From: Haplodiscus bocki
Lineage: Eukaryota
DNA: 64,000 bases
Reading direction: 5' to 3'
NCBI GenBank assembly: GCA_965655095.1
Contig: OZ296650.1
Span: forward strand, 24,800,001-24,864,000
Shown: piece after piece, positions 39,263 to 50,177 of the stretch
Position numbering within the stretch: position 1 is the stretch's first letter
Layout of the letters: each line of letters starts with the position of its first letter
Position numbers and translations under genes: made by a program
The notes under the pieces: model-generated
Told to the model about the DNA's origin: nothing
Databases searched by the model: none
The model's input: only the letters and a program-made list of their open reading frames with translations

Positions 39263-40496
39263 ATGGCAGCGCACGCACATTCAACGGTTTGGTTTCTCTT
39301 CCAAAAGACGGAGGAATTTCAATGGACAACTGGACCGACTTTGAGTCCTTGTTTCGAATGATAGTTGATGTTACAGGAATCCAAGCAAAATCAAAAAGTA
39401 GGATTCTTGAAGCTTCATTTGAAAGTTTCAGCATTACAATTTTTCCACACATTAGATGCGAACACAAGAGCAGACTTAGAGTTAACAATCGCAGCATTGA
39501 AAAACCATTTTTGCCCCCCGAATTTGTGGGAAATTCATTATATCAACTTCGAAAACACGAAATTTAACCACAAAACTGAGTCTCCTGGAGAATTTCTGGC
39601 AAAACTTCGAAATTTAGCGATGAAAGCTTATCCAACAGTAGTAGATCTGTCAGTAGCATCGGTTGATGTACTGTAGTAGGTGACCAAGACAGTTTTGATC
39701 GGTAAAGGAGAGAAAAGGATGATAGGAGAGATTTTGCTCAAATGGAACGAGAAACAAATAACTAGATTGATAAAAAAAGGGACGCCGATTTTTATACGAC
39801 TTAAACTTTTAGAGTTACGGGAAACTGCCACAATCCATTAATTGTGCTCAAAAGCCAGACAAAAACTGATTTTGAGAGAGTTATGCCCAGTAGATGATTG
39901 TTCTAGAGATGGATTGAAGGAAATGAGTACAGACAGTTCAGAAAATTTCCTAGCGGTCCGGACCAAAATGACAAAAACTGAAAATTTTCATGGAAATAGA
40001 ATTAACTCATTGAAAAAATTAGTCAGCCATAACAAGGCACATCGAGCCAAACACAATCCAAATTTTCAGCAACCAACAGAAATGGAGAGGAAATTCTAGA
40101 CGATGCTTTCAATCTTCAAATTCGTGAAAACAAGGGGATATTATAATAATAAAGGATCGAATAACTACCAGAACCAAAATCAAAATGAAGGAAGATACGG
40201 GAACAATTTCAGAGGGAACTTTAGAGAATAATTATAGAGGAAACAATTACAGGGGGAACAATCGTGGAAATAATTCAATGGCAACAGGAATAACAATTTT
40301 CAGCAATATGATAATCAAAACGCTGAAACGACTTTAAACACAGGAAATGTGGAAGGACACATTGCGACGGCAGCTTTTTCGGAGAGTTTGCTAATCACGT
40401 GGTTAGCGTAATCACATATCGAAAAATTGTGAAGCGAGAGGCAGAAGCAGCTCACGAGGTGGACAAATTCCGTTCAACTCGCAGTCAACAAACTAA
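39263..40496 (+). pseudogene. gag: gag (frameshifted)
   Basis: ATG at 39263, capsid-like helical segments (ORFs 39365..39676 and 39842..40099), an Asn/Gly/Arg-rich tract at ~40140-40320, a decayed CCHC knuckle (C*SRG*RNHISKNC), and a stop in CAACAAACTAA. Confidence 0.8.
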
Positions 40497-40499
40497 TAA

Positions 40500-43400
40500 C
40501 GCCACACACGTCAGACAGTCCAGAAGCCTCTAACATTTTAAGTTCACTGCCATACACTGAGAGTCATCATCTGAATGTTTTATCACCAAAAATAGATTAA
40601 ACCACAGTCAGCTTGAAGAAAACCCAATTTTTAATATAAACGAAGCTCCGGTTCCTGCAGATTTCGAATTGAACGCGGGCATTACCCTTGAAGGAGAAAA
40701 TTGAATTATTTACCTTTAATATTTGAGAATGATGTCATAAGCAAAGCAATAATCGAGACAGGAGCGTGTGCTAAAGCCATTGCGGTCGTTTTGTGTGAAA
40801 ACTGATAGAAACGTCACCGATTTCCCTCTCAGATTTGAAGCAAGCTTCTTTTTTAAGTGTCAAAGTGGCATGAGGACGCAATGTGAAAGTCCTTGGTCAC
40901 ATTGACGTTCAATTCAAAATTAATGAGAATGAATTTGAAGATACCTTCCTAATACTTCTTTCAGTGAACAGTGTTGTCTTAGGCAACCCATTCTTTTGTA
41001 AATACAGTTTTGAAATTGGCCCGGGAGAAAAAAAACTCAAACTGCCAGAATTGACTTACGAATTGAATGAAATAAAAGCTCTCAATGAAGGTCGCAAAAC
41101 GATTCCTAAACGACATTACCGACTTGTGATGAGCCAGAAAGTCATAATCAAACCCCAGCATCAGGAAAGTTTACAGACAAAAGTAGATTTTAGTAAAATC
41201 TTTGAATGACTTACTGGAATGATAATCCCAGATGATGATCTCGAAAATAGTACAGAATTTAGACTTCCATCCTTTGTTGTCACAGTTGGAAAAGACAACA
41301 TGGTTTTAATTTTTGCAATCAAATTGAATGATCACGCTATAAATTTCACAAAAAAACAAACTATTAGGCGTTTCCCAATTTCCCCTCTCCGCAAGGAGAA
41401 AATAATTGAAATCGGACCAGATTTTCTGGCACTCGAGAAAATGAAAGATGGAGAAGTTTTCCGAGAAATTTATGAACTTTTGCTGATGGGAAAAACAGGA
41501 GGAAGACAACCTAAACGCCCTCCCTTGAAAATGATAAATTTTGGTTTCCCCAACCAGAAAACTGTCAAAATCCTGATCACCTGCCTACCTGACAGTGGAA
41601 AATTTCTCATAACATAGTTGAATCGCAAAAACGTGATGTTTTAGATCCGCAAAAGAACGAACACGACAAAACATTTTCAGCACAATTTGATTGGTCGCAT
41701 TCAGCCTGGAACCAGGATCAAATTTCGGAAATGCAGAAGCATTCATTTGATTGTTACGACGTTTTTGCGAGACATAGATTCGATGTCGGATACAAAACTG
41801 AGCTGAAAGTTAAGCTGACATCAGCGCATGATTTACCAGTTGACGCACAAAGTCCACCCACTCCAATTCACTTGCGAGATGAAATCTTAGTTGAATTAGC
41901 TCTAATGCATTTTAATCGCATTATCACACTTTTATGACCCAACTCTAATTATAGCAGTCCAATATTTGCGCAACGCAAACCGGCAGGGAAACAGAATATT
42001 GATTGATTTGAGGCGTTTTAATCACGTCCTTCGAAGTGATTACAGCGATAAGAATTTGTCACTTTCAAACATGGCAGACGCCGTTCATCATTTTACAGGA
42101 AAGACTTTGTTTACCAAATGAGATTGTTCACAAGCTTATGATTGTGTACAAATGGCTGGCTGACCCGTTATCAGTCCAACTCTTATCATTCAACTTTGAT
42201 TCGAGAGCATACGCCTACACAAAATTAGCTCAAGGATTAAACAACTCAGTGACCAGATTTAACTCAATTTTCGTGTCTTATCTTGATTCGTGCCTCGGGG
42301 CTAACTTATGTAGACAATTCACGGACGATATCGGATGTGGAGTGGAGACATTTGAAGAAATGGGCCCCACAATCAGACAAATATTTGACTGTTTGCGTAA
42401 ATCAGGACTTAGATTGACCCCTCACAAGTGTGAATTTGGCATGACCTCGATAGATTTTCTGGGTAGCACAATCACATCTAATGGACTTACACCGGAAACT
42501 GCGAAATTAGAGAAACTTTTGAAGACAATGGAGTTACCGGCAACAGTTAGACAAGTGAAAAGGTTGGTTGGTTTTCTCTTATTTTTTTCGCACATTTTTG
42601 CCTAAGCTAGCTCGAAGTCTGATGCCTTGGTATAAGTTACTTCGGAATGATGCTGATTTTTCCTCGAGTGATGATCATTTGAGAATTAATGAAAGCATAA
42701 AAAAGATCTGCTCCAAGCTACCACAACCACTATCAGACTAGTGAAGCCTGGACAACAGTATGTAGTTCTATGTGACCCAAGTTATTACAGTTTATGGATT
42801 TGTTCTCATGATAGAGGTCTACATTGAACATAAAAACGGAACGGACAAACGATCTTACGCACCAGTGTCCTTTGTCTCTCAACTTTTTCATACGAGTCAG
42901 TTGAAGTTGTCTACGTATTGTAAGAATTTTTTAACACTTTATTTTGTGCTGGAAAATTTTTCTCCGTCGATTTGGGGTGCAGAAAAACCGGTCAATCGAT
43001 AACAAAAGTCACGAGTTTTTTCCACCCAAAATTACTCCACCCATCACTATGGGATTTTGTGGACAAAATGATCGCTTTTAACATAGTCTTGGTGCATATA
43101 CCAGGTCGAAGAAATGCAGCTGCAGATTTTCTGTCGAGAATGCGAACCGATCCAATTCAGAGCTTGGAACTACTCTTGATCGACTCAATTCCAATGAAAA
43201 AAATTGATATAGGTATGAAAGCCAGAACACCCGATGCATCTTTGCTGTTGATGGAATCGGACAGCACCTTAAATGAAACCAAACAACCACAAATACCGCA
43301 AGAGCTCATGGCCCAGTTACAAGCTGACGATGCCTTACAAAATTTAATTCCTAAATTAAACGATGTTCTTGAATCAGCTTCACCAAAAGAGACATTTTAA

Positions 43401-45671
43401 CTTTATGCTGTGAAAAAGGCTTTTGATATTAATTCAATTCAAGCAAATGACCCATTGAATTTTTTTGAAAAGTCAATTTCGAACAAACGAGTGATTGATA
43501 TTCAGACAGAGCAGAAAACGATCCAGCTTTGCGAAAAGTTATGGCCTGGATTCAAAAAGAATGCACAGATGATATTACATATGCTTCATTTTAAAAGAAA
43601 TTGTATCATAAGCACCTTTCGCGTTTGCAACTACGTAAAGGTTTTTTTAGCGCTTCAAGTTTTTGATGATGTTGGAAATGTCGAATTATCAAGTGTGCAT
43701 TCCGAAACATTTGCGACAAGACGTACTCTGGAATTAGCAACTCACCGACAGGTCCTCACCTCGGAATTGTCCGAACCGCTCAAGAGTTTCGTAAAAGATT
43801 CTACACTCCGGTGTTCACACAGTTACTCGCGGATTACATCAAAAACTGTGTCATTTTCGACACTGAAACGAGTTAACAAGAAGCAATTGAGCCCTCCCTT
43901 GAAGCCAACTCATCGGTACAACTTTTTCCGGGAGATATGATGCAAACTGACCTGGTTGGTCCTTTTCAATCGCTGATATACAAATATGCTCTGAGGCATT
44001 GATGCTTTTTCCAAATATCTGTTTGCAGTTCTGCTAACATCGGCACACGCCGGAAGTGTAGCAAAACCATTAGTTTCAATGTTTTTCCAACACAGCTAGA
44101 TTCCTACGACACTTCTGTCGGACTTGGGAACAAGCATCGTAACAAAATTACAACATGAACTGACTGATTTACTTGAAATTCAATTACAACACGCTTCTTT
44201 GAAGCATCCACAAACTATTGGAGTAGTTGTACGACCACTTTCGGCATTAAGACGCATTCTTAAACTGAATAATGCGGACGAAATTTGAATTAAATGGTAT
44301 CGGTACCTCGACCTAGCTACGTTTATACATATTACTTTTTACCATTCCTCAATTGGATATACTCATAGGTCTTTATTTCTTGGTAGAAAGTCGATAACTT
44401 CCATGGACATGAGATTCGGAAGCCACGTTCTGGCAAAGAAAGAGCTTACATAGATTATCTGGTGTATTTGCAATATTCACTTTTTGAACAATTTTCACAC
44501 GCGAAATCTGGATTGTTGGATGCCTGTTACAAATATCGTACCTACTATGATTCAAAAGCAGCACTGAAACCGTTGGCGAGCCACCAGTACTACTCATTGT
44601 TGAATCCTTCTCTGCTTACGCAGTGATTTTTGGTGCTGAATCCACAATGATTTGGCTTGCTCTGTATAAAGGTTCTGACAGTCCAACTACCGGATACGAA
44701 GACACGGTACTCCTTATACACAATGCGTTCATCGCACATTGCTGCGACCGATAACACCTATTTAAAATGTTGGTGACATCTCTGTGACCATGGATGATTT
44801 CCGACCCGATCCCTGTTTGGGAAAATATCGTTCCCCGCAGGAATTATTTGACTCTGCCCTGGACCAATCAACAAAAGCTCGACAAAAGCTGTCGCAATCT
44901 AAAGTTCCAGTGCCACAAAGTGACCGATTGCCCGCGAAATTTTGAAAGCATCACTGTCCAGAAAGATCCTATAGACGACCACCTGCTCCTTCTAATGATA
45001 CTTATTCAGCACTTTCTCAATTAAATACATGTGACAGGATTCAAAATGAAAGCATAGAGTTACCGCCTGACATTACTATTTCCGAAGGTGACATATGTTT
45101 TTAATCCACGTGCAAATATTGCTCAATGCGCTTCTTTTGACCTAGCAATGTCACCTCGGATTGCGACGCAGTTCCTTCGTTTTTTCCCAGATTTTTCTGA
45201 AGTACTGAAAACTCACCTTAACCTAAAACCAGGCTCACAGATAGCCTATTTCATGCATAAGATAGCAACTAGATTTATAATTTAATGACAAAACGATACT
45301 TTTTTGAAAAACCGATTTATTCTGACCTACATAAATGCTTTTGTCGCATAAAAAGTCACATGTTACAGAATAACATTAATGAAGTTCGCTTACCTCAATT
45401 TTGATGTGGACTTGACAAATTGCAGTGGAAAAAAATTTTGATGAGACTGGTAACATTTTCTGACATTACAAATATTCCCGTTGAAATCTTCCTATTGAGA
45501 GACTCAAATTCCAATGTTTCGGAAAATACGTTGATCGCAGAGGATTATTCCTCAGATGCGGAAACGCAACGACATGTTCGAGAAATCCTTAAAGCTCGGA
45601 ATTTAGCTCTGAAAGATATGCTCGAATGCCCTCTCACAAATGACCGCAACGACCGTGACACACGACCTTGA
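40500..45671 (+). pseudogene. pol: pol: protease, dUTPase-like, RT, RNase H, integrase, C-terminal macrodomain
   Basis: Protease IIETGA (~40750). RT: VFARHRFDVG, LAQGLNNS, FTDDIG, KCEFGMTSIDFLG. RNase H end HIPGRRNAAADFLSR. Integrase: GPHLGIVRT, MMQTDLVGPF, IDAFSKYLFAV, LSDLGTS, HPQTIGVV. Confidence 0.93.
45072..45491 (+). pseudogene. TARG1/OARD1 (Poa1p-like) macrodomain
   Basis: Across 2 frameshifts and 1 stop: ITISEGD/VFNPRANIAQCASFDLAMSPRIATQFLRFFP...LKPGSQIAYF.../IYNLMTKRYFFEKPIYSDLHKCFCRIKSHMLQNNINEVRLPQF*CGLDKLQWKKILMRLVTFSDITNIPVEIF. Collinear with OARD1 motifs GDLF, LAHCIS-D--MG-GIA--F, YYLITK, KPTY--L--SL, MPRIGCGLD-L-W. Confidence 0.88.
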
Positions 45672-45874
45672 GAACTGTCACAAACGATAACCTCTTTGCC
45701 TAATTAGTCTTATCAGAATTTTGGCGACGTTCAATCTGGCCGTTGTGATTAGAGTAATTTCTGCTAGTTGAAGTAGCATGTATCAATCCTTTCTGATCAG
45801 TAAACACTTCAACATTGAACTTTCGAAAATTCATACATCAATTGAAAGCAAATAAATTACACGGAACGACGAAA

Positions 45875-46616
45875 ATGAAAAATCTTTTTGGGGCTATCGT
45901 CACCGTACTTTAACGTGCGAGATATTCCGAATAATCACGATTAGAAGAAATGAACATAACGAACTTACTGCACCATGTCTTCGACCTTATACACACGGGT
46001 GGCACCACCGAATGCTGGTGTTTGATGAATTTATTGTCTTACCGCATACATTGGAACGGAGTGCATTGATTGACTCCGCCCGTCAATAAGCTGATACGGG
46101 AGAGCTGAAAGATTTTGCTGACTGGCTTGTCACAGTCGAGCACCCACAAAGGCGCACATTATTTTTCTTGGTCTTGTAACTTGACACCTGATATCGCCTA
46201 ATGATTTTGATCAATCATTTATCTTATCAGCCTCTATAAGACCACAGATTTTTCACTTCTGTCATCCGTCTTGAATCAGATGTTCAACGTATGCTAACAC
46301 CATGAGTCGTTTATTATAAAAAAATTCCACCACTGGATACACATGTGACATTCATGGTGTTCCTGTGATCTGGAGTGTGACCCATTCATACATCACTCTC
46401 CGAGTGGACTTCACAATCCTTTCTTGGAGTCAAGGAGCCCTCATGCACAAATACTTTACAATCAACCTGGAATCACCGGAATCGAGCACACTCGTGAGTG
46501 CCGCTGCTCCCTCTGCTCCTGACTTCAACTTGGCTAAAGACCTTATTGACTGGATGGCCAGACAATTTTGAAGCCATTTGTGAATTTTGGCCACTCAAGA
46601 TAATGATATCACGACT
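45875..46616 (+). pseudogene. Accessory ORF of unknown function between pol and env (3'-truncated)
   Basis: Starts MKNLFGLSSPYFNVRDIPNNHD and continues through coding-like frameshifted pieces (LTAPCLRPYTHGWHHRMLVFDEFIVLPHTLERSALIDSARQ...FNLAKDLIDWMARQF). Confidence 0.5.
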
Positions 46617-48099
46617 TTAATCACTCTTATAGCCTGAACTTTTTTTCCCTGAGTTTCCATACTTGAGGTATTTATGTATCGGTAACATGAAAACACAAAA
46701 ACAAAAAGAAACAAACAGTATTTTTAATTGAGTCACAATCTGTGAGTTTCCAAAATCGATGTTAGGAATTGTAGGTTGTTCATTCATTACGACAATTTTT
46801 CTCTTTGGCATCAGTTTTGCTTGATAGAAGACAATTAGTCTAATTTGCAGATAGACTTTATTGAGCTTTTGAGAACGATTGACCGCCGTCGTCATTGTCG
46901 CGTTCTTTCGAGCGTACAATAATATCTTCGTGACGTTTCAGTTTTTCACAATGTACCATTTAAATTGGTTGTATTTCCACGAATACTACATTTGCGACGT
47001 ATTAAGGAGAGTTCAACTAGTAGGCATTAGCAGTGAAGTCTGGTACACCCCTCCTGTGTGAACTTTCCACCGAGGGAACTACGGTCACTTGTTGTATTGG
47101 CATGACCCCATTTTCCTCAACACTCGGGCTTGGAACGAGTTGATCGCATGTCCCGCCCGTAACAACGAAACAGCCAGTCAAGATTTCCTCAACGACTGAT
47201 TGATTCACCTTGATGTCTTTGTCATACAATCAATGGCTTGGCACAATCAGCGTGACTGACGCTTCAAGCACAAACTCGTTCGACTCTCTTAGTTTCTAAA
47301 ACAACAGCCTTTTAATCTTGCCATTTTTTGAAATTGACTTTCATTTTGGTTGCATTTTGTACAGCACAGGTAACTCCAGCGAATTTTATCGGGTCTGATT
47401 AGAATTTGAAATATGAGGAGACCTCAAACACCAATTCAAAAAAAAACGGCTGCACCCTCCCTATATAGGAGGTCCGTTGCCTTCTCTTTTCCTGATCTTA
47501 GTTTTTTTGTTTTTGAACTCGAGTGAAAGCGAAGTTTCCGAGAAGCAATTTCATTCTGGGAAAATTTTGAAATTTTTTGAGACAAACAACTATATGGCCG
47601 AAATTGAAAAATCCCCTTCGACAAAAAATCGAGGATGTCCTCCCTTTTCTGGTAGTAGCTTTTTTCTCAGTTCTAGTTTTTATATTCGTGGAGGGGCCTA
47701 AATTGTTAGCCTATGAACTCGTTTCATTACACACACATGCGTACCATACAGAAACAAAAACTTTTTCTTTGCAAATGAAAAAAAACCCGCACGATGCGAC
47801 TGCAGACATGACTTTTCTCCTGCTAACTCTGCACAATTCAGTTGCTCTTCTTTTACCGCAAGTAAACGCTCCCACTTTGAAACTGTGGTCGTCTATCAGT
47901 CAAGTTTTAGTACTGCTGAACTTCGACTCCCGCAAGTTCAAAACTTAAACAAAAACACAGCGGACGATAGCATCGCTTTACAGTCTCAGATGGTGATTGG
48001 CTTGGGAGACTCACTTTACCAAGACTTGAAAACTCCCACTTCTGCCTTTTACAATTCAGTGTAACAACAAACGAATTTTTTTTCCTGGTCTTTTCCCCC

Positions 48100-49437
48100 A
48101 CTTTTTGGAGGAAATTCAAAAATCTGCTACCCACATTTTATGAAGAAGGGTCTTACCTGTTAAATGGAGCTTCTGCTTGGGGAGTACAGTCCCTGTGCTT
48201 CAAGCGGCAATACTTAGCAATCTGGTTCTCCTGACTGCTGGGATTCGACACGTGGGTGCATTGGCAATACTCACCCGGATGGTGCCTTATATGGCAATAC
48301 GGAGTATTCCGTGTCTTCTGTGCTGTCCCGTTTCTCAGTCAGGTACAATTAGCAACAGTGCACATAAACGTGATGTCTTCAACCGATGACAATTTGGTAG
48401 AAATCTTTGCTAAAGTGCTCTGCACCCTTTTTGATCTGCACCCTTCATCGAGGAAAGCCACTGGCTCAATCGGTTTTTATATATATAATATCAAAGACTT
48501 GGGAGTTGTAATAGAAAATTTCACGTTGTCTCCGAGTCGCTGTGGAGGTGGTTTTGTCAGTAGATTCATCAGTGCTTCAACAGAGGTTAAAAGAGGCTCC
48601 AGCTGCCTTGAGGTGTTTCCACATTTCGCAATTAATATTTTGCTACCATTGGGCACACAGTTATTGCTATCATCTCCGCGAGTTTCCATGTGGCCTGAGG
48701 TAAACCATGTTCCAATAGACAATATTCCGTCTAATTTAGTAATGGTGAGATTCTCAGGGCGCTGTATATCCACAAATGTCCCTAAATTGAACGAGACAGC
48801 GCTTGACTTCTTTTTAAAATGTTTGCCTTATGGGCTTAAAGGGCTATATACTAAATTATACTGAATTATATGGGCCGTATACTAAATTATATGGGCTTAA
48901 AGGGCCCATATATTTTCGTCTTAGGAACAGCGATTCCCTTCAATCCTTAAGCAACCATGCCAGTCTTGTATTTGGTGTTGTCAATCTTTCACACAACCTT
49001 TCATCAACTCTGAATAAGGATTGGTTCACGGTAACCATCGGTTCGGTTGCCCAATCTCCCGAAAACCCAGAAGCCAGTCCACTTCGTACCATTGCATTCT
49101 TCGCATCCTTCCATGTTTTACTGTAGGTTCCGTCAATTTCAGGCACGGGTCCACCCCATTTTTTTGAGCCTCTCCTCCGTTAACATTGCTTCCAGTTTCT
49201 GTTGGTTCAATTGTGTTTCGCTACGTGCTCTCCCTAAAAGACGAGAAATTCCATGTTACCATTATCCTAATTAGTGCCTCCGCGCCTTTTTCGATATGCT
49301 TCCTTTTTGCAGGCAATTACCCTTCAACGTTTTGCTTCTCAACCTTTTCGACAAACATCATTAACTGATAACAATAAAATTGTGCACTCACCAGATTCGT
49401 CTTCTAAATCGTCTGCTTTTGTTGTAACTAATTCCAT
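48100..49437 (-). mobile_element. Very degenerate piggyBac-like (PGBD) transposase remnant
   Basis: Acidic N-terminus MELVTTKADDLEDESG, then DGILSIGT, RGD...ILIAK, and ITTPKSLILYIKPIEPVAFLDE (cf. P--I--YN--MGGVD--D). No TIR or TTAA pair found. Confidence 0.4.
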
Positions 49438-50177
49438 CTGAAAATAAACTCGGTTATTCGTTCTGCACTTCATTTGGCTCAAAGGATACCATTTTGCCTG
49501 CAAACAATTTCACTATTCAAACGCTAAATTTCTTCTCGATTGCGATATACAATAATCATCAACAACAAAAGTAAAACTATAAAAACTATTTGAACTGTTC
49601 AAATTGTTTGTTTATGGCTATTACAATTGATTCTTTCTATCTAAAGTTGGCTAAGTAGACAAAACATGACAAAGACACAGTTGAATGCACAGTATAATCC
49701 AAGAGTTGTCTTCAGTTTCTCCGTCTTCCTTGAGTCCAATTGTGGAGCATATCTCCAAGACTTTTTGAATGCAACTGCGTCCAACACATGTCATTTTATC
49801 TCAACAGGTGACGGTTACATCGGCAACAACCTTTTCGAAACACATTTTCCAATCCAATCAGTGAGAAGCTCGTAGTATCTTTTACAGATGTTAAGGAAAC
49901 CACCAACAAAAAACGAAATAAATCAATGTATCTCTGAGACAAAGTGCTTCACCCAATAGTGGAGGAACATTCTGCCTAAAAGTTTTTTCCCTTTGCTGTT
50001 TTCCGGACTCCTCCTTTTTTTTACGCTACGGGAAGTTTTTTTTATTAGGACCCGTCCTACTGGCTGCACATGACGCCCCGGCTGAATGGAAATTTGACAT
50101 TGTTTCTGACCAAGATTCTGGCGCAGTACTCGCAAATAGCATCATTTTCAACCACGTTGCAAAAATTGTGTGACCTT

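Larger units (their letters stand above)
19785..41639 (+). repeat. Head-to-tail tandem triplication of a ~7,285-bp unit (19785-27070, 27071-34354, 34355-41639)
   Basis: The ORF track repeats with offsets 7286 and 7284. The same novel junction AACGTGATGT|GTCTTTTATC occurs at ~27070 and ~34354. Only about 15 substitutions or homopolymer indels were seen among the copies by eye. Confidence 0.98.

Noticed and set aside
19785-41639. Triplication as a pure assembly artefact
   Set aside because: A novel junction and non-homopolymer private substitutions in each copy argue against it, though only reads can exclude it.
48256-48864. 202-aa plus-strand ORF
   Set aside because: No recognisable domain; most likely the antisense shadow of the minus-strand transposase-like remnant.
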